DNA from: a virus
Taxonomy: Duplodnaviria; Caudoviricetes
DNA length: 64,000 nucleotides
Reading direction: 5' to 3' (one strand)
Virus record (IMG/VR): IMGVR_UViG_2061766007_000342
Span: 193,909-257,908 of that record
The notes under the pieces are model-generated. The model was not told where the DNA came from and did no database searches. It saw only the letters and a program-made list of their open reading frames with translations. Made by a program: the position numbers and the translations under genes. Position 1 is the stretch's first letter, and every line of letters begins with the position of its first letter. Below are positions 59,521-64,000 of the stretch, piece by piece.

Positions 59521-60777
59521 TTAATACCCGATATGATTGATATCCAATGAGTCATCATTGGTAATCCATTGAGAAACCGGGATTACTTTGAAGTCTCCAT
59601 TTGATTGCTGTGCAATTACTGTTTCAATACCCGAGTTAATGATAACACGCTTACACATAGAACAACAATCCGCATTGGTATAAGAACCATCATTCTCAAT
59701 GCCACACAGATACAATGTTGCCCCTTCCATCTCTTCCTTGGATGCTTGAATAATTGCATTCATTTCTGCATGGACGCTACGGCAACACTCATATCTTGAC
59801 CCCGATGGAATGTTATGTTCCATGCGATAACATACACCGCGGTCACAACAATTCACACGACCACGTGGTGCACCTGCATAGCCGGTTGATACGATCTTAT
59901 CATCTTTAACAATGATGGCACCAAACTTACGTCTCATGCAAGTTCCGCGTGTTGCAACAGTCATTGCAATATCCAAATAGTATTGATCCTTGGTTGGACG
60001 TGTTTTTATAACTTCCTTCATTGCATTTTTATACAACTCATCAGCCATTTTCATATAAGCATTAAAATCATATGGCTCTTCATTGGTTTGCGGTTTATAT
60101 GCGAGATCTTTATAGTGGATTGCATAGTCTTTGGAGTCGCACAATGCATCTAACCAATCTTTGTTAACATGCTCAATTGATGTGCTATCAGTATTTACTG
60201 TAACTGGAGTTGGTTTCTCTTTGGGTTTAACACTCTTTGCAATACTACTGATACGCTCTTTTGTGCGTTTCACAATATCCAAGAATTCATCAATAGATAT
60301 ATCATATGGGTTACCAACCAATACCAGATACTGTTCAATGATGGAAGAGTCAATGTGATAATATTTCTCCAATCCTTTGATGAGAACACGTTTATCGGAT
60401 TCTGATACGTTGGCATCATACAAACGCGCAATCATCTCCTCCTGAGATGCTTGTACAAAATCATCATCTCCATGTCCTGCGAGACATCCAATTCGGAAGC
60501 ATGTGCAAAGAATACATGCATCCGAGCAATCTGAAAACAGTTTCATTTCTTTAGTTCCTTCCTTATTCTCATTAGAATCAATGTGGTAATTGTAATATTT
60601 TAACAAAGCATCTTTCAATCTATTCTTACATGATACAGAATCTTCATCCATATATCGTGCAATTAATGTTTCCATTGATGCGAGTTTAAAATGAGCTGGA
60701 CAAGGACTTTTCATGTTAGAATACTTACATAACACGCATCCATTATCAATACAGCTTTCTGTAGTCATATCAACCAT
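59521..60777 (-). CDS. dCMP deaminase with a duplicated Cys-rich N-terminal extension
   Basis: RPTKDQYYL, TCMRRKFGA, HAEMNA and CCSMC zinc motifs. Start reassigned to 60777 behind GGAGG. Confidence 0.85.
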   Translation of the reverse strand: MVDMTTESCIDNGCVLCKYSNMKSPCPAHFKLASMETLIARYMDEDSVSCKNRLKDALLKYYNYHIDSNENKEGTKEMKLFSDCSDACILCTCFRIGCLAGHGDDDFVQASQEEMIARLYDANVSESDKRVLIKGLEKYYHIDSSIIEQYLVLVGNPYDISIDEFLDIVKRTKERISSIAKSVKPKEKPTPVTVNTDSTSIEHVNKDWLDALCDSKDYAIHYKDLAYKPQTNEEPYDFNAYMKMADELYKNAMKEVIKTRPTKDQYYLDIAMTVATRGTCMRRKFGAIIVKDDKIVSTGYAGAPRGRVNCCDRGVCYRMEHNIPSGSRYECCRSVHAEMNAIIQASKEEMEGATLYLCGIENDGSYTNADCCSMCKRVIINSGIETVIAQQSNGDFKVIPVSQWITNDDSLDINHIGY

Positions 60778-60796
60778 ATTTACCCAACCTCCATCA

Positions 60797-61036
60797 TTAT
60801 GATTTAAATTCACAAATGATCCATATAACCAGTGCAATCATTGCAATATCCACAATGACCTGCCATATATAATAAATCAATTTGATGCGGAGTGCAATCT
60901 CTCTTTGTTTGAATAAATCATCGGATTTATTCATCTGATGAAACGAGAGCTTTTTCAAAATCTTGTGAACAATCATATTTAGGATGGTTCCAATTGCAAA
61001 GATCAATATGATTATACCGAAAATCTTCCAAAACAT
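60797..61036 (-). CDS. Small two-transmembrane membrane protein
   Basis: Two hydrophobic segments. Confidence 0.6.
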   Translation of the reverse strand: MFWKIFGIIILIFAIGTILNMIVHKILKKLSFHQMNKSDDLFKQREIALRIKLIYYIWQVIVDIAMIALVIWIICEFKS

Positions 61037-61049
61037 AAAATCACTCCCA

Positions 61050-62018
61050 TTATTTTATTTTTAATATACGATGGATTTCCATTTTATCTTTGGATACACC
61101 ATAGTCTTTGTCAATGGTATTCTGGTAAACATAGATATGTTTGAACAATTGTCTCATACCATATGGAACACGAATGTTGTTATTATCCACATCGGAATCT
61201 TTGAAGATATGAATATGCACGGAGTTACCAAATATTCCCATCTTTAACATATGATCAATACCCGCTTTATAGTCACTTCCGAGCGTTGCAATATACATTG
61301 CATTGGGAATCGGATAGTGATAATATAAACCAATGACATCCATGATTCCTTCGGCGATGATAATGTTAATCGGTTCATGTGTATCCATACCCACACGCAT
61401 GGTATATATCCCACGTCCATGAACACGTTTCGTTTTATATCGCAACCAACGATATTCCGTGTCATCATTGTTACATCTTCCAATGATATTACCATTGTTC
61501 AATTGAAACCAATGTCTCCAACATATGACATTATGATTGTATTCATCATTACCAAAGAATTGTTTTACATATGCATGTGGATCACCAACATATCGGAACG
61601 TTTGTAAATCGGACAATGTTGGTTGTACACCAACTCGGGAATTGATATATGACACAATTCCCGTGATGTTGTTTGATTCATCACATGACACTTGGTTCAA
61701 TTTAATTGAAGCAGCATCATTGGATTCAATCCGTTTATGATACTTCACATTTGTTGGTGTATCAATATCATGATCCAATCCATATGCTTTCAAGAATTCT
61801 TTCCCAACAACACCTGATGAATTGCATTTAAAGCAATGCCATAATGGTGGTTCTTCATTGTTTAAACAAATCTTGACATAACAGTGGTATTTGTTATCGC
61901 CACATCTCGGACATGTTTGACAACGATATTGGTCACGATTTGTTGGCGTTTGTTTGAAGATACCACTACTGATCAAACTTTCTTTGAATGTTTGTAATGT
62001 CACATCAGTCCACTCCAA
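61050..62018 (-). CDS. DNA primase (Zn finger plus Toprim)
   Basis: CPRCGD...CFKC, AEGIMD, DSD, KDYG. Confidence 0.85.
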   Translation of the reverse strand: MEWTDVTLQTFKESLISSGIFKQTPTNRDQYRCQTCPRCGDNKYHCYVKICLNNEEPPLWHCFKCNSSGVVGKEFLKAYGLDHDIDTPTNVKYHKRIESNDAASIKLNQVSCDESNNITGIVSYINSRVGVQPTLSDLQTFRYVGDPHAYVKQFFGNDEYNHNVICWRHWFQLNNGNIIGRCNNDDTEYRWLRYKTKRVHGRGIYTMRVGMDTHEPINIIIAEGIMDVIGLYYHYPIPNAMYIATLGSDYKAGIDHMLKMGIFGNSVHIHIFKDSDVDNNNIRVPYGMRQLFKHIYVYQNTIDKDYGVSKDKMEIHRILKIK

Positions 62019-62265
62019 TCAGCATAATGTAATGGAATATCGATATCAATAACCACACGCTTCCAAAATCCCATAGTATTGATGAAAACCATTTGATTGT
62101 TTTATGATGTTCCAATACATCTTCATCATCAACATTATGCGTTTTCTTTGTATAAATCCAATTGAATATGATGAGTCCAATCTTGTGGAAACATACAAAA
62201 CAAACTGCATACAATGTAAATCCAATCAATTCTTTTACTACTTCCATTGTTGTCATAATGAACAC
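62005..62265 (-). CDS. Small two-transmembrane membrane protein
   Basis: Two hydrophobic segments; RBS AAGGAG. Confidence 0.55.
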   Translation of the reverse strand: MFIMTTMEVVKELIGFTLYAVCFVCFHKIGLIIFNWIYTKKTHNVDDEDVLEHHKTIKWFSSILWDFGSVWLLISIFHYIMLIGVD

Positions 62266-62285
62266 ACTCTCCTTCTGTTGATTAC

Positions 62286-62741
62286 TTATTCATCATCATT
62301 ATTCAATAATGATGCAATACGTTGTTTACGTATCTCCATGGTGTGATCATGTAAATAACCATACACTTGATCGATGTAATGATACAATACACCATAGAAG
62401 TCTTTATCCATATCATATGCTGGATCATTACCAATCATGATGGAATGTTCAAACACATAATACAACCGTTCACATTGAATGTCTTCTTTGTATTGCTTAA
62501 AGCTGTTGACAATATCCAACTCTTGTAAACGGTTCTTGGGTATTGGTGATTTAACAAATAAACCAATGCTTGTACCAAATCCCACTTTAAACATACTGGG
62601 ATTAAAGTCGTCAATCGTATCAATCTCATCAAATCCATATAATTGATTACCATTACGAATGTACAATGGTTCAATGACATTGGTTACGGGTTTATCATCG
62701 ATTAACTCCATGATGCGTTCTTTGTTGTTTAAATCAAACAT
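62286..62741 (-). CDS. Hypothetical protein
   Basis: RBS AAGGAGG. Confidence 0.6.
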   Translation of the reverse strand: MFDLNNKERIMELIDDKPVTNVIEPLYIRNGNQLYGFDEIDTIDDFNPSMFKVGFGTSIGLFVKSPIPKNRLQELDIVNSFKQYKEDIQCERLYYVFEHSIMIGNDPAYDMDKDFYGVLYHYIDQVYGYLHDHTMEIRKQRIASLLNNDDE

Positions 62742-63030
62742 AAAACATTCCTCCTTGATGTGGGTTATTCAAACCACTTATTTTACCCGCGCGAAAAGTG
62801 TACAGGTAATACTGTTTGTGTGTAATGGTTTGTTTGTGTATATGATATCTCTTATGTCTTTTACTATTTATTCTTATTAATTATTCTATATATAATATAT
62901 AATATACGTTATTCTCATCCAACTAACGTCAATTAAACATGATATGTATCAAATTTACAAATAATAGAAACGTTGTATGTATATGATTGGAATGTATTGT
63001 AATAAGTATAAGAATGGAGGTATATGTGTT

Positions 63031-63342
63031 ATGATATTACAATATGAAGATATTCATAAAGAACGTGAGTTAGATGAAGTAGAGTTACAACATATGGGAC
63101 ATCAGTTAGTTAGTCTTGTAGATTACTATCGTATGTTTATTCCTGTGGATGATGTAGATGTTGATAAACGTTTGAATGTATTGAAGTATATTGGTGAATG
63201 TATCATTCATAAAGAATACTATAAGCTTGTGAATGATCCTAAGTGTGTAATTGGTAATGACAATGATATTAGTTTAGAAGAATATCGTAGAAGTATGTAT
63301 GAATTAATGATGGATCAAATGTTCCATGGTAAACCTTTCTAA
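63031..63342 (+). CDS. Hypothetical protein
   Basis: Start reassigned to ATG 63031 behind GGAGG; followed by a hairpin at 63366-63391. Confidence 0.6.
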   Translation: MILQYEDIHKERELDEVELQHMGHQLVSLVDYYRMFIPVDDVDVDKRLNVLKYIGECIIHKEYYKLVNDPKCVIGNDNDISLEEYRRSMYELMMDQMFHGKPF

Positions 63343-63589
63343 TGTATGTAATGTATGTTGTTATGTATACGGGGGATATATCCCCCGTATATGTATCTGT
63401 TTATATGTGTAATGTATACTTAATGTGTAGGAATGTGGTACGTAGTCCTATATATCTACTTACCTGTTTATATTACTATATGTTAAAAGGGATAGGGTGT
63501 ACATGAGTACACTCTAAATATGATATAATTAATATCATATTCACATTGGAATACATTCTAAATATACTGTATAAATCATTATAAATAAT

Positions 63590-63760
63590 AATAATAAAGA
63601 ATAATGAAAGATAATAATATCCTTGTAAAGATAATAAACATACATTACCCTTATGATAGTAATATGACCATTAAGGTTTAATTAAGATTAAAGATAATAT
63701 AATATGAAAGATAAAGATTAGATTGGATTAATAATAAGATAATAAGTAATAATAGTAATG
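63590..63760. repeat. AT-rich non-coding region with repeated AAAGATAA(T) units
   Basis: Copies at about 63607, 63627, 63690 and 63707, plus a variant near 63737. Confidence 0.5.
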
Positions 63761-64000
63761 TAGTTGGATATGTAAAAGCATGCATATTGTAAGAGGATAG
63801 TATATGAATATGCGTATATAATACGTTAAGTTTAATTTTTTCGCGATGGTTGGATAAGGGCTGTTAAATTAATATAATAAGAAATGGATATTGATTGAAT
63901 AGATGTTTGGATACTTCATAATACTTTCTTACATTAAATGAACACATTCATTTTTAATTGTGTCATTAATGGGATAATATGATATTAAATAATAATAATA

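Noticed and set aside
63590-63760. CRISPR array
   Set aside because: The repeats are 8-11 nt, degenerate and irregularly spaced.
1-64000. Stop-codon reassignment, suggested by the rarity of TAG
   Set aside because: Core genes are full length in the standard code and TAG ends 3169-3885. The rarity is explained by AG depletion.

Overview
This window is a 64-kb segment of an AT-rich jumbo myophage of the phiKZ/AR9(PBS1)-like supergroup. Strong GGAGG/AAAGGAG ribosome-binding sites suggest a Firmicutes host. Recognisable genes: tail sheath and tube, baseplate and tail proteins, large terminase, portal, both halves of a split multisubunit RNA polymerase beta subunit, DnaB helicase, primase, SF2 helicase, SbcC/Rad50 ATPase, a tubulin (PhuZ/TubZ-like), a GroEL-like chaperonin, a protein kinase, dCMP deaminase and a dATP/dGTP diphosphohydrolase. 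Selfish or mobile elements: an ORF-less group I intron in the RNAP beta-N gene, a class-3-type intein starting with Glu in the helicase P-loop, and an orphan MobC plus relaxase module with a candidate oriT. The most unusual signals are: (i) three prion-like low-complexity proteins, two sharing an SRR motif, near a kinase and two apparent pseudoenzymes; (ii) a strong, patchy, strand-symmetric depletion of AG/CT dinucleotides; (iii) a GC-rich, highly structured transcription unit at about 27.9-28.8 kb; (iv) a possible -1 frameshift in a tail/baseplate chaperone gene. No tRNA, rRNA, CRISPR array or recognisable chimallin gene was seen. All calls come from reading motifs by eye; no database searches were run.
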